A DNA stretch of 64,000 nucleotides from Tubulanus polymorphus (Eukaryota > Animalia > Nemertea): the NCBI RefSeq assembly GCF_964204645.1, contig NC_134032.1, positions 5,630,275 through 5,694,274 on the forward strand, written 5' to 3'. Under the pieces are notes generated by a model, which saw only the letters and a list, made by a program, of their open reading frames with translations, was not told the DNA's origin and did not search any database. The translations under genes and the position numbers were made by a program. Positions 12,185-25,400 of this stretch are shown one piece after another (the first letter of the stretch is position 1; each line of letters opens with the position of its first letter).

Positions 12185-13700
12185 TGGGCGACAAAACCAA
12201 AATTATGAATTGTCGCGGGTGACAAAACCAAAATATTGAATTGTCACGGGCGACAAAACCAAAATAATGAATTGTCGCGGGCGATAAAACCAAAATAATG
12301 AATTATCGCGGGCGATAAAACCAAAAAGAAGAATTGTCGCGGGCAATAAAACCAAAATAATGAATTGTCGCGGGTGACAAAACCAAAATATTGAATTTTC
12401 GCGGGCGACAAAACCAAAATATTGAATTGTCGCGGGCGACAAAACCAAAATGGTGAATTTTCCAGGCGACAAAACCAAAATGGTGAATTGTCGCGGGCGA
12501 CAAAACCAAAATAATGAATTGTCGCGGGCGATAAAACCAAAATGATAAATTGTCTCGGGTGACAAAACCAAAATAATGAATTGTCGCGGGCGATAAAACC
12601 AAAATAATGAATTATCGCGGGCGATAAAACCAAAATATTGAATTGTCGCAGGCGACAAAACCAAAGTAATGAATTGTCGCGGGCGATAAAACCAAACTAA
12701 TGAATTGTCGCGGGCGATAAAACCAAAATAATGAATTGTCGCGGGCGACAAAACAAAAAAAAAATATAAAACCAAAAAGAAGAATTGTCACGGGCGACAA
12801 AACCAAAAAGAAGAATTGTCGCGGGCGACAAAACCAAAATAATGAATTGTCGCTGGCGATAAAACCAAAGTAGTGAATTGTCTTGGGCGATAAAACCAAA
12901 ATATTAAAATTTCGCGGGCGACAAAACCAAAATAATGAATTGTCGCGGGCGATAAAACCAAAATATTGAATTGTCGCGTGTGACAAAACCAAAATAATGA
13001 ATTGTCGCAGGCGACAAAACCAAAATAATGAATTGTCGCGGGCGATAAAACCAAAATGATAAATTGTCTCGGGTGACAAAACCAATATAATGAATTGTCG
13101 CGGGCGATAAAACCAAAATAATGAATTATCGCGGGCGATAAAACCAAAATATTGAATTGTCGCAGGCGACAAAACCAAAGTAATGAATTGTCGCGGGCGA
13201 TAAAACCAAACTAATGAATTGTTGCGGGCGACAAAACCAAAAAAAGAATTGTTGGGGCGACAAAACCAAAATAATGAATTGTCGCGGGCGATAAAACCAA
13301 AATAATGAATTGTCGCGGGCGACAAAACAAAACAAAAATATAAAACCAAAAAGAAGAATTGTCGCGGGCGACAAAACCAAAAAGAAGAATTGTCGCGGGC
13401 GACAAAACCAAAATAATGAATTGTCGCTGGCGATAAAACCAAAGTAGTGAATTGTCGTGGGCGATAAAACCAAAATATTAAAATTTCGCGGGCGACAAAA
13501 CCAAAATAATGAATTGTCGCAAGGGATAAAACCAAAATAATGAATTGTCGCGGGCGATAAAACCAAAATATTGAATTGTCGCGTGTGACAAAACCAAAAT
13601 AATGAATTGTCGCGGGCGATAAAACCAAAATATTGAATTGTCGCGTGTGACAAAACCAAAATAATGAATTGTCACGGGCGACAAAATCAAAATCATTGTT
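12185..13700. repeat. 31-bp tandem satellite, array 2 (about 49 units, with higher-order duplication)
   Basis: Same unit as array 1; rare variant units recur in the same order about 0.5 kb apart (e.g. AATGATAAATTGTCTCGGGTG near 12541 and 13054). Confidence 0.95.
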
Positions 13701-15682
13701 TTCTCACGTTATTTATTTTTGTCGTTTTGTCGCCCTCATTTGCATATTCGTGTTTTTTTATCTTATCAGCCACCATACTAAAGCCTTAAGGTCGCGTAAA
13801 ACTCGATAAACACTTCAAGCGACACAGCGAACGATCTCCTTTCCCCCACAGCGAACGCTTACTCCGAATGTCAAGTGTGAGTCCAGCATACGGATAGGAG
13901 TGTGTTATATACTTGTATTTAGTAAATACCTTGTGCATTTGACAATGATCGGTATTTACTGTAGGAAATATAGAGTATTGATAAATGGTTGAAGCCCGCG
14001 GCCGAATAAAGTAATATATTCTTTTATTTTGATACCTCGTCGACATAACAGCTTTTCTCCACCATATCTCTTCGGCCTGTTTAGTTTAGGCCTACGATTC
14101 CCCTGTACACTAAAAATTTATCTTAGTAAATACACGGTTAATTCGGTAAAGAAAAATTGGTATTGTTAAACTAACTCCTTGAAACCCGCAGCTAAATCAC
14201 TGGTAGTAATAAATTAATTTGTACTCTATTTGATTCTCATGATGAGGAGAAACTCGCAGCTCATCCCCGGAACGTCGATGTAGTAACACACGTCGATTCG
14301 TCGATGTTTACGGCTCGACAGTGCTTTTAAAATCTAAAGTAGTAAATTTCCAGTGTATCGGTAATATGATTTGATGAGGAAAATGGGCTATTGTTAAAAT
14401 CACTGTTTGAAGACCGCGACTGAATGTGAAGTCTGCGGCAATAAATTAGTTCATTTATACTTGAATTGATAATTGAAGTGACAGTCGGCCTGCGGGTTGA
14501 TTTCGGGATGACGACTCGAAAAACATGTCGCCCCATTGAATGGAGCTAAATTTTCGATGTTTACATCCCGACAGCGCTTTTGTAACGATGATTCGTGAAA
14601 AAACACGCGGGCTATTTGTAGATCTCAGTGAGCTGAACGATATTATATGGATTGTATATGAAACAGCGGTAAGGTAACAAAGCCTATGTTCTTTTGGTAA
14701 AAATAGTGTGGAAGAAAATAATAATAATAATAATCACGCGGATGAAAATAATAATAATAATAATCACGCGGATATCAATAGGGTTTTCTGTGAAATAACA
14801 GAAAACCCTAATAATAATCACGCGGATATCAATAGGGTTTTCTGTGAAATAACAGAAAACCCTAATAAGGTTGCCACTAATAAAGACACAATGAATAATG
14901 TAAGATCACTTATGAACTTATGCTTTAATTGAGCCCTGGTCTTAGTTTAAGTTGAAGGATTAATTTGAGATTTGAAATAGTTTAAGATTCTTATGTCATT
15001 AAACCAAATTTTGATCAGATGAATTCAATGCCATCAAAAAAGAATTTTTGAAAAACGAAAGCGTTGTTATCTATATCTTCCTAAACCTTCCCACAGTGTT
15101 CCTGCTGATCTCAGAAAATCAGGGAGCTCTGAGACATTCTTAAAAGTCAGGGAATTGAATTTTTGGGGTCTTGTTGTTCTTGCTGGTGATAATTGGCACA
15201 AGGAACCTCTTTATTAAAAGGATATCTGAGGATATGTTATGATTGATTCAGAAATATTTGGTTGATAGATCGAAGGAAAATCAGGATATGAAATATCAAT
15301 TAAACCAACATATAAGTCGAGATTTTAATACCGGATTTTACCACTGAAATATGGACGGACTTGTACACTGATTACAGATTTCTACTTAGTATTTTCAGGT
15401 CAAAACAATTGATGATTAATGAAGTTTTATAACAAATTCTACAAATCTGAAAAGACAGCGCTCACCTTCTTACTGCTATGATAATTTAGAATAGATAATC
15501 ATAATTCATGTTAAATGAAGTCATTTTATGAAAAAAACTTACATTTATTAAATGTGTTTAAGTTTCAAACGCTGCTTTACTTGAAATGGTGCATTCATCC
15601 ATGTGCGCTAGCGAGCATCCCTTAATACTTAAGTTTGTGTATAGTGTGTGAATCGCACTACAGTATGGTAGTGTATACCTGA

Positions 15683-15710
15683 GTGTGTGTGTGTGTGTGC
15701 GTGCGTGAGT
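15683..15710. repeat. (GT)n/(GCGT)n microsatellite
   Basis: gtgtgtgtgtgtgtgtgcgtgcgtgagt. Confidence 0.9.
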
Positions 15711-16048
15711 ATGTGAAACAGTCTATTGGTTACCACAGCAGCAATCGTTATCAAAAGAAACTATTCGGTAAAACAATACCAATACAAATAATTATACTCC
15801 TGTAAGAAGGGACTCAACGTATAAGCCGGATGTACATTAAAATCTCGAATTCAAGGCCTAAAATGGACTTCAACTCATACGTCACGTAGACTTATATGCC
15901 GGTAGGGATCAACTATCGATTTTGAATTGCCTGATCTGTAAGAACCTTGAAGTGTATCTTATAATCTAATCAGGGATATCCTTTTTAGGGCCCTGTTGGC
16001 AACCACACGTGCGCACAGCTCTCAACCACTCCTGCTTTCTATTTTCAG

Positions 16049-17973
16049 GACGAAAAAGAAAGTGTTTCGTTATCGCTGGCGATGATGTGGTTGCCAAAGA
16101 GGCGATTGATCGCATTGTGCGTACGGCTGTTGCCAGCAGCGACACCGCTAAAGATGCTGGAGTCCAGGTGAAGGGGGTCACTGTGGAAGATGAGGAGAAT
16201 GAGGATGTTCTGTATCAATGTGGTCAGTGCGACATGAGGTTCCCTAATCGCTCTGAGGTTCTGGTGCATGTTCAAACGCATACGTCAGATGCGATCTATG
16301 ATCTGTGTAATGACTGCGGGTACATGGGCATGTGCGCGCAGGATTTAAACGCGCACGCATGCGCCGGCACAATTGGTACCAATACAGTGCCAGGTACCGC
16401 GATTAAACAGGCGCACTGTCCTATTTGTAACACACCATACAGCACGGTGAACTATCTACGTGTGCACCTGCGCAATATGCACCAGTTTACAGTGCTGTAC
16501 GCATGCGACCGATGCCCGATGCGCTTCGAGACAAACGCTGCAAAGATCGCACATTCACGTGCTACACATGTCGGCCGCAAACACGTGTGTGCGTACTGTC
16601 CGAAAACGTTCCAGTCTCCAACCCTTCTCTATGGGCATATCGCAATCAGACATAAGAAGAAGGTCATTCCAGCTGGCTCCGAGGTCAAGGGCGGAGCAAA
16701 TGTACATGTGGTTGGGTCGATAGCCGATTCAGAGATCATTGTGGGTGGTGTGCCGGGGCCGTCACCAGATCAGAGTGCGCCCGACGTACCTCTGGATGGA
16801 AAAGGAGCAAAAATTGGAATGGAATTGAAGCCCGATTGTATGCGATGTGGTATATCATTCCAATCTATGTCTGATTATCGTAACCATGTGAAGAATCAAC
16901 ACGGCAATGTTCACGTATGCGAATTCTGTGGCAAAGCTTTCAAAACATTTGCGCGATATGGAAAACACATCGGCACGCACACGACGCGGGTGCTACGTGG
17001 CCTCGCGCCAGTCCCTGACGCTGATGCGATCAACAAGAATAATTGGTACATCTGCGATCACTGCGGTAAAGAGTCATACTGTTTGAGTCACCATCGTAAA
17101 CACGTTCTCAACGTTCACAAGCTGCTCGTGCGTTTTAAATGTGAACGATGTGGCGAAACATTCAATTCATCGGCCGAGAAAAAGGCGCACCGCAAACGCC
17201 ATGCACCAATCACGCATCCGTGCACAGTGTGTGGCGCGACTTTTGCGCGGCCAGCGTTGCTGCGTGCGCATACGCGTGTTCACACGCCTGCTGCTGGGCC
17301 TAGATCATTCATCTGTGCGGAATGTGGCAAGACGCTGGTTAACGCGAGTGCGTTGCGTGTTCACCGCCTGCGGCATCACCGGGCGACTGACACGCTGTTA
17401 TCACATCAATGCGCGCAGTGCGAATTAACATTCCCAGACGAAGCAAGTCTGTGCGAACACCTGGACGTACACGGCTCTGCCACATTGGCTTGCCCGTTCT
17501 CAAACAATGGTTGTGACTACACAGCGAATCGTAACGACCTCCTGGAGGATCACGTCATAGGCGTGCACAAGGCCCCGAAGATCTACCCATGTGCCACGTG
17601 CGGCCAGATGTTTGCACTGTGCGAGTTTGCAAATTGTCACGAGTACAAGTGTTCGAAACCGAAACGAACAAGGGTTAAGGCTATAAAACGTCCGCAGCCG
17701 GCAGACTGGCCGTGTCTGCTGTGCGATAAGGTATTCCCAGTGAGGCGGTATTTGACACGACATCTGAAGCGGCACTCGGGTGCACGACCATTTAAATGCG
17801 ATCTGTGCGATAAAGGCTTCACAACGAAATCAACGCTGAACGAACATAAGAATCTTCACTCGGGAGAAAAACCATTTGTCTGCTCATTGTGCAATGTTGG
17901 GTTCGCTTACAACGCCACACTACGACAACACAACAGACGACATCACCCAAAACAACCATCAAAGGCATCATGA
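16049..17973 (+). CDS. C2H2 zinc-finger terminal exon B (about 17 fingers, including C2HC variants)
   Basis: ORF 16009-17973; acceptor ctgctttctattttcAG| at 16047-16048, phase 1; canonical HSGEKPF linker at the C-terminus; AATAAA at 17993 just after the stop. Confidence 0.92.
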
Positions 17974-17974
17974 G

Positions 17975-18290
17975 ATTCCCCTCTGTCATCATAATAAATG
18001 TAAGATCCCCCTATGACATCAAAATACGTGTTAGATCCCCTACGACATTTTAGTACGCGTTAGATCCTTTGATATAGAATGTGTTGCCCTATGACATCAT
18101 AGTACGTGTTAGTTCATTCTATGGCATAATCATAGTATGTGTTAGATCTTCTTGGAAATCATAATACATGTTAGATCCCTCTATAACATCATCAATCCCC
18201 ATATGACGTAGTGTTACCACTTGCACAACCCCTGCCATATACGTTCAAAAGGCTGTCTTCATTAATCCCCCTTATGCCATCATAATGAAG
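17975..18290. repeat. Degenerate short tandem repeat family (GTTAGATCCCCCTATGACATCA-like); related tracts at about 5145-5405 and, inverted, about 37770-38190
   Basis: Recurrent atcccc(c)tatgacatca motif; reverse complement tgatgtcatagggga at about 37930-38160. Confidence 0.65.
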
Positions 18291-19562
18291 TTTATCCTGT
18301 GCAAACTTCTGAAATAGATTGATACCTCAAATTACCCATATGTAAGTTTATAGGTTGTCATGAATTACCACATGTTAGTCATGATTTACCACATGTTACT
18401 TCCGTGTTGTTGAAAACAATGGTGCAACATTGAAACTGGCAATAAATGTCAAATATCATACATATTTTTTTTTTTTTACAATTGTTTCTCCTTTGATAGT
18501 ATGGATTGAAAATGCACCTAGTCAAAATGATACTTTGGTTTGTCAAAATTTCCTCTAAAGGCATTCAATCTCAATCCATACCGTGCCTAATGTTGAGCTT
18601 TTATTGGTTTACCTTTGTCAGCATTATGAGGTTGGCATTGAGCCAATTCATGTAAAATCTCGGTTGGTTTCTTTATGTGAGCATTTTTGGTTTACCTTTG
18701 TCAGCGATATGATGTTGGCATTGAGCCAATTCATGTAAAATCGCGGTACGTTTTTTTATGTGAGCATTTGTTTCATTGCTTCTCGGCTTAAACAACGTAT
18801 AATCGATGCGATTGAAGACATGGCAAACCTCCATCGATGACATGGTCAACTGAGTTAAAATTCTACGAAAAACTGTTTTTGGCGGGAAAATTCTTAGCTT
18901 TCGCGTATAAGATTGCAATTACCTCGATTGGGGGTGTCGTCTTTACGAGAGAATGGGATTGGCTGTTTTTGGAATATACGGGGAATTCCGGCGCTACTAA
19001 AATAATTATGGGAAAGCCATTGAATGGCGAACGTTTCATTTAGGTGCCGTATACGTGCGAATTCCAAATGCTCATTGCTGGTGAGGATGTAATTATTTCA
19101 CACATCTGCCATAGGTATTGTTTCATTTTAATACTCGGTGATTGTTTTGATTGACATTGAAGTGTAAGCAAACATTCACTTACACGAGGCCTCCACGTGC
19201 ATGCGGAGTGCTACACGGCACACACACAAGCTCGTACAGTACACTATTAAAGGTGATGCTGTAACACGTGCAGGTTTGACATGAAAATAGGCTGAGTAAT
19301 CGTAGCAGAAGATGAGCGCTGTGTTTTCTGTTTTATAGAAATTGTAATAAATTGTAATTTCTTGTGACCTGAAAATATTAAGCAGCAAACTACAAGTATA
19401 GGTCGAGGTCTGAATATTCTAGTCGTAAATTCCAGGATTTAAAACGATCTAATAGCCGATTTCTTCTGTACCGGTATTTTAACTTCCGCGGCCAACATTG
19501 GAAGAGGTTTCCGAGACCCAATATTCAGCCATCCTCTGATATGTGACATCATATAAATTTTA

Positions 19563-20122
19563 GGCCATCCCATATTAATGGTCTGTTTGCCGTAACCCCG
19601 ACCGACCCGAATTCAAAGGAACCGAGTGAAAACTTTTTTTTTGGGATTCATTGAAATAAATTTTATTTTTGATAATGGCTGACCGACCAACCCGACTGCC
19701 GACGTATGAGCTACGTATGTTTGAAATCAAGTGTGCATCGTGTGAAAACATGCCTTGACATGTGACCTAATTTAAGTTTTCCAGGAAACAGGCAGTGTTC
19801 CAATAAGCTGCCATTTATTCTCATAGTGACTATATTAAAGCTGGTAACGTAAAAGCGCACACATATTCAATGTACTGTTTCATTTTTAACAGAGAGCTAT
19901 GACGCTCTGGACGAAGTTATAATTTTAGAATAATTCTCGAAATCTACGCTATAAGACAAATTTCCCGTGCACAACGTAGATGATTTTTGCGATATTGTTT
20001 CCATGTAAAAAAGGTGATTAATTTTTTTTTGCCCAAAAATTATGCAAAAAAAATTTCTACCTACCTACCGACTCATCCTGAAAAGTTGAGTCGGTGTTAC
20101 AGCCAATTATTTTGGGATGGCC
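19563..20122. mobile_element. MITE with GGCCATCCC TIRs and TTA target duplication (PIF/Harbinger-like)
   Basis: TTA-GGCCATCCC...GGGATGGCC-TTA; the paralogous site near 21190 is empty (gaatt-TTA-tttgaa). Confidence 0.8.
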
Positions 20123-21418
20123 TTATTTGAATATTTTTTTCATATTTTGACACATTTTTTTTGAAAATATAAAATATTTTCCCTGCCGCGCCTACCTGTA
20201 CCCTACAAAATTTTGGACGTGGACCGTAACCAAATGTATATCTTTGGTCTTATTTGACTACGAAATAATTCTTTGAGAAAGATGAAATACAATATAAATT
20301 TGTGGAACTTTGAAGTCACAAATTAAAAAGATTTTTCAAGCAATGCCCTTATTCCAAACAACCTCTAGCTTTCAAGGTAAACCACACTTTGCCCATGGGC
20401 AATTTATTTTCATTTGTTCTTGGGTTAAACGACATATAATCGATGGGATTGAAGACATGACGAATCTCCGTCGATGACATTGTCAACTTGGTTTAGATTT
20501 GACGAAAAACTATTTTTGGTGGGAAAATTCTTAGCTCTTGCGTATAAATTGCATTGACCTCGATTGGGGGGCGTCGTCTCTATGAGCGAATGTGATTGGC
20601 TGTTTTTGGGATATATGGCACGACTAAAATAATTATGGGAAAGCCATTAATGGCGTACGTTTCATTGGACTAGGTGCCGTATGTGTGTGTGAATTTAAAT
20701 GCTCATTGCTGGTGAGAATATGATTATTTCACATATTGCCAGTCCTGGTGATTGTGTTGATTGAGATTGTAGTGAAGCGAGCGTTCACTACACAAGGCCT
20801 CCACGTGCGCGGGTTGGGAGTGCTAAACATTAGACTGATGCACACACAAACACACGCTCATACAGACTTCTATATGGTGATGCTGTAACGCTGCTTGGCG
20901 CGTGCACGTTGTGTATGATAACAGGCTGAATAATTGTCGTAGCAGAAGATGAGCGCTGTGTTTTCTGTTTGATAGAATTTGTAATACGTTGTAATTTCTT
21001 GTGACATGAAAATGCTAAGCAGCAAACTATAGGTATAGGTCGAGGTCTGAATATTGTAATGGTAAATTCCAGGATTTAAAACGATTTAATACTACGCCCC
21101 GGTGTTTTAGCTTCCGCGGCCATACATTGGAAGAGGTTTTGTTTCCAAGACCCAATATTCAGCCACCCTCTGATATGTAACATCATATGAATTTTATTTG
21201 AATATTTTTTCATGTTGTGAAAAATAGTTTTTTGAAAATATAAAATAGTTTCCCTGCCGCTAGGGTACCCTAAAAAATTTTGGATGTAGACCATAAACAA
21301 ATGTTTATCTTTGGTCTTATTTGACTACAAAATAATTCTTTAAGAAAGATAAAATACAATATAAACTTCTAGAACTTTGAAGTCACGGATTAAAAAGATT
21401 TTTCAAGCAGTGCCCTTA

Positions 21419-21726
21419 AGGTCGGCCTTGCTACAGCTTGCGACTCACTGCGACCGCCATCGACGATCGCGTCGCAACGACTCACCGACCTACGCTACCT
21501 TGCGACTGCCAGCGACGGGTTGCGACTGCCAGCGACGCCAGTCGCAATGAGTCGCACATGTTCTACTTTCTGCGACGCGACCGTCGCAACCGACCTGCGT
21601 GCTATTGCGACTGGCAGCAACTAGTCGCACACAGTCGCTGACAACCGCATCGCAACCGACTTGCGCGGCCAGTTGTGACGCAACGCGACGATCGCGTCGC
21701 GTCGCAAGGCCGACCTACGCCCGGCT
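21419..21726. mobile_element. MITE family Z (AGCCGGGCGTAGGTCGGCCTTG TIR), TTA TSD
   Basis: TTA at 21416-21418 and 21727-21729; empty paralogous site gccc-TTA-ttcc near 20345; full copy at 43193-43520; truncated end near 8888. Confidence 0.8.
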
Positions 21727-22491
21727 TTACTCCAAACAAACTCTAGCTTTCACCAAGCTCTAGCTAACCACACTTCACCCATGGGCAACTTATATTTTGA
21801 GCAACAGGACCTTTGGTCCTCTAGTATAAAATCAGACAGCTAATTGCAAAAAATATCAAATTACTGAGAAACAGATATCATGAGAAAAAAGGTAATTAAT
21901 TACATACAATCTGAATCACTGAGGACGAAATTTAGCTGGTAGTTGGTTGTTTAAATACATTGAGAATAAATCAACCATGTTCAAATGACCCATGTTCAAA
22001 TAATTGTTGATTGAGAGAGGTGTTGTGCTTTGATTAATAGTGCTTTAATTTTCATTAGATTAACATCTAAATCCAAAGATCCTTTAAAATTTTGAATTTC
22101 TGTTCACCTTAAGCAACCTGACAAACATGGAAATTTGAAAGATGTTGACCGATTGCTGAAGTCTAAAGTTTATGCTCCTTGACCCTTAGGGTTGCTGCTA
22201 GATATTAAAACTCCCAAAAACGTTCTCAAATTTGATAAGATTTGTATTACTCATTAGAAAATCAGATTGGCTCTGTTTCTGCTTCTACGGATTTTCAACA
22301 ATTTTTCTATTTTTAAATGATATCTTTTGCACCAAGGCGTCGTTACTATTTTCTAAATGCATTCAACCAATAATATGAAATTGAATAAAATATTCACAAA
22401 TCTTGTATTGAAAAGAACATCTATTTTTCAGGAGAAATGTTCGAATTCAGGATATATAATTAATGTCGCTGTTTGTATTTTATCGATTCAG

Positions 22492-25400
22492 ATTTTGGGA
22501 ACTCAGCGCCAATGACTGCCAAAGTGGATGTGGATGAATCAAAAGTGTTCGCAGATCAGTTCCTAGACAACGGTTCGCCTGAAGATGATAGCATATTTGA
22601 CGGCGGCGCCACTAGTACCATGTTCGACGTGCCCGAGGAGACGTGCGAGTCCATACCGAAGTTCGACAACACAGAACCCGATAAATTAATATACCGGTGT
22701 TTCCAGTGCGGGCAGGATTTCGAAACGCGTGTTGAAATCATGATCCACATCCGTTCGCACTCAGAGGTTCCGATACACGACATTTGTCAACACTGCGGGC
22801 AAGCGTGTGTCAGTGCCGACGAGATGCGCGAACATGCGGCTACATGCGTCGCACCGGCCGCGGCTGCGTTGCGCCGCACAGCATCACGCAAACGCGAGAA
22901 AACTGCGTACACATGTACAGTGTGCGGAGAGCGCTACCAGAGTCTGATGTACTACCGTCGCCATATGGCAAACCAACACGACGTTGTCGTTCCCTATACT
23001 TGTAAAAAATGCGGCGCTGAATTCGCAACAAATGTCGATAAAATGCTGCACCTGCGCACACACCAGGCAGATGATGCGCACCAGTGCCGGCACTGTGGGA
23101 AAACGTTCAAGTTCCAGTCATTGTTGTTTGCGCACATCGACATGTACCATGCGAAGATCATGATAAAAAATGAGAATAACGAATATGTTGTCAATGAGCA
23201 GGCATTGAATATCAAAATGGATGACGGCGCTGCGGTCGCAGCCTCACCGGTCATCGGGCGCCCGGTGGTATCGTCGGACAATGTCGAGAATGTGCCTGTG
23301 ATAGAGGGTGCTGCTGCTGACACAGCTGAACCGACGACCGCTGAGATATTCGGACAGGAAGTGCCAGTTTCGCGAATTGATATCAAATCAGAGACGAATA
23401 CCGAAGAGAACGAACAGGAGGAGGTCGCAATGGAAACAGCGAGTAGTGCCGACCTAGAGGGTGATAATGAGAATGTAATTGAAGACGGAGTTGTAAAGGA
23501 AGAAGGAGAGGTCAATGACAGTGAAGTGGAAATAGAGGACAACGATGAGAAGGATGATGGCGATGAAGATGAGGGAGAGGATGAGATGGATGATTATGTT
23601 TATAACAGTGATGATGAAGACTCTGAGGATGAGATGTTTTGTCCGATCAAACAAGTTGAGAATGTGAATTTGAACAACGTGGAAGACCTCGAGGAAATCA
23701 AAATGAAAATGCGGCAAAATCTATGCCCGAAGTGTGGCGCTTACTTGAAAAAGATGGCTGATCTGCGACGGCATTACCAGGTGAACCACGGTTTGAATTT
23801 GCCATATTTCTGTTCGCTGTGCAATGACAGCGCATTTGCGACCGCGCGCCACTACAACAATCATAATGTCGTCGTCCACAACAACACGAGCGCAGTCGAC
23901 ACTGACATACTGACGCCGGCTTCGCGAAAACGTAACGCCGACCGCGCGCCAATTCAATGTGATATTTGCAAGCGCAAGTTCTCGCGTTGGACGCTTTTGC
24001 GGAGTCACTATCTGACGGCGCATGGTGTCAAAATGCAGTATAAATGTGAAAAATGTGACCACACATTCGCTACAGCCGAGGAGAAAGTTGAACACCGCAA
24101 AACGCACGGTCTGATGACGTATAAGTGCGATGAGTGTCCGCGTATGTTTCGTCGGCCGGGACGACTAGTTGTACACAAATACGAACACCTGCGCAAACGC
24201 GGCGAGACATTCCACGATTCAGATGATGACACGGCGACTACAAACACTGGCGATGCAGCTGACGGATCTGGACAGACATATGCATGTAAACAATGTGACC
24301 AGAAATACGCTAATAAATTCCTGCTGCGCGAACACCTGAATAGCGACCACGCGATTTTGTTGCCATACAATTGTAAGTACTGCACAGAGAGTTGTCCGAC
24401 CGCATTGGCCAAGAAACAACACATGGCTGAACACCTGAAAGATAAAATCTGCGACGTTTGTGGCTGCGCGTTCATGACAACGGAGAAGATGATTCAGCAC
24501 CGCGCGACACATGTCAGTCGCGTGCTGAAAGGCTTGGCACCGGTTGCACCGCATCGTGAACCGAATGCCAAGCCAGTGAGTCGCACAGTAAAATGCAACA
24601 TATGCGAGCATGTGTTCTACAAGAACGCGAAGCTACGCGCACACTTACTCAATGTGCACGGCATTGTATTAAAGTTCAAATGTCGTCGATGCCCGCTGAA
24701 GTTTGTCACAATCGACGAGAAGTACGAACACGAACGCGGGCACCCTTTGCCGGTACACACATGCCCGCACTGCGGCAAATCGTTCAACCGCCCCTACAAG
24801 CTCAAGTGCCACATACGCACGCACACAAAAGAACCCCGCGACCCGAATGACCCAGCTGATGGCGTAAGGTACATGTGCGATGTTTGCGGTCGTGCACTGC
24901 GTTCGGCTGCGACATTCAAGCGCCACATGGAGCTTCACACACGTACTGGCGCCGAAACATACCCATGTAAAATATGCGGGAAGCTGTTCCGTTCACGTAG
25001 CTCGGTGTATTCGCACATTCGTGTGCACGATGCCAAGTACAACGAGTGTGAGATGTGCAACTTCACAACGCCGTACAAGTATCGTCTGCGTGACCACATC
25101 GCTGCCGTACATGTCAATGAACGCGCATTTGAGTGCCAGATCTGTCAGAAGGCATTTACACTCGAGAAACTGCTGAAGAATCATCAACGCTCATGTCACG
25201 GTCTCATCCAAGAGAATGGCGATTATATTCAACTGGAGTGGCCGTGTTCGCTGTGCGATAAGAAATTCACAGCCAAGCGGTACCTGGCGTTGCATCTGCA
25301 TCGGCACGACATGCGCGCACAGGGTAAGAAGGAGTTTTTCTGTACGCTGTGCGACAAGGGCTTCACGGCGAAGAACTCGTTAAATGAACACATGAACATG

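Larger units (their letters stand above)
7971..14865 (-). mobile_element. Two nested copies of non-autonomous Helentron/DINE-like family H1 (outer 7971-11800 plus about 14812-14865; inner 11801-14811)
   Basis: 3' end AAATATAGCTGCAAAGCAGCGATAACGGGTTTTCTG at 7971 and 11801; 5' hairpin TAGGGTTTTCTG..CAGAAAACCCTA at 14779-14810 and again at 14833-14864; body homologous to the + copy at 41756-44433. Confidence 0.75.
18603..21798 (+). mobile_element. Two nested copies of Helentron/DINE-like family H2 (outer 18603-18685 plus 20409-21798; inner about 18686-20408)
   Basis: 5' subterminal TTGGTTTACCTTTG at 18604 and 18687; 3' CAAGGTAAACCA plus hairpin TTGCCCATGGGCAA plus T-tract at 20373-20408, with a degenerate equivalent at about 21765-21798; bodies 18770-20400 and 20410-21790 are homologous. 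Confidence 0.7.

Noticed and set aside
9325-13700. CRISPR-like appearance of palindromic 31-bp repeats, and the many MVLSPATIHYFGF ORFs
   Set aside because: Units are contiguous with no unique spacers, no cas genes are present and the context is eukaryotic; the ORFs are artefacts of a stop-poor repeat strand.
14708-14932. Asn-rich repeated ORF MEENNNNNNHAD...
   Set aside because: Translation of the (AAT)n tract and doubled 5' hairpin of H1.
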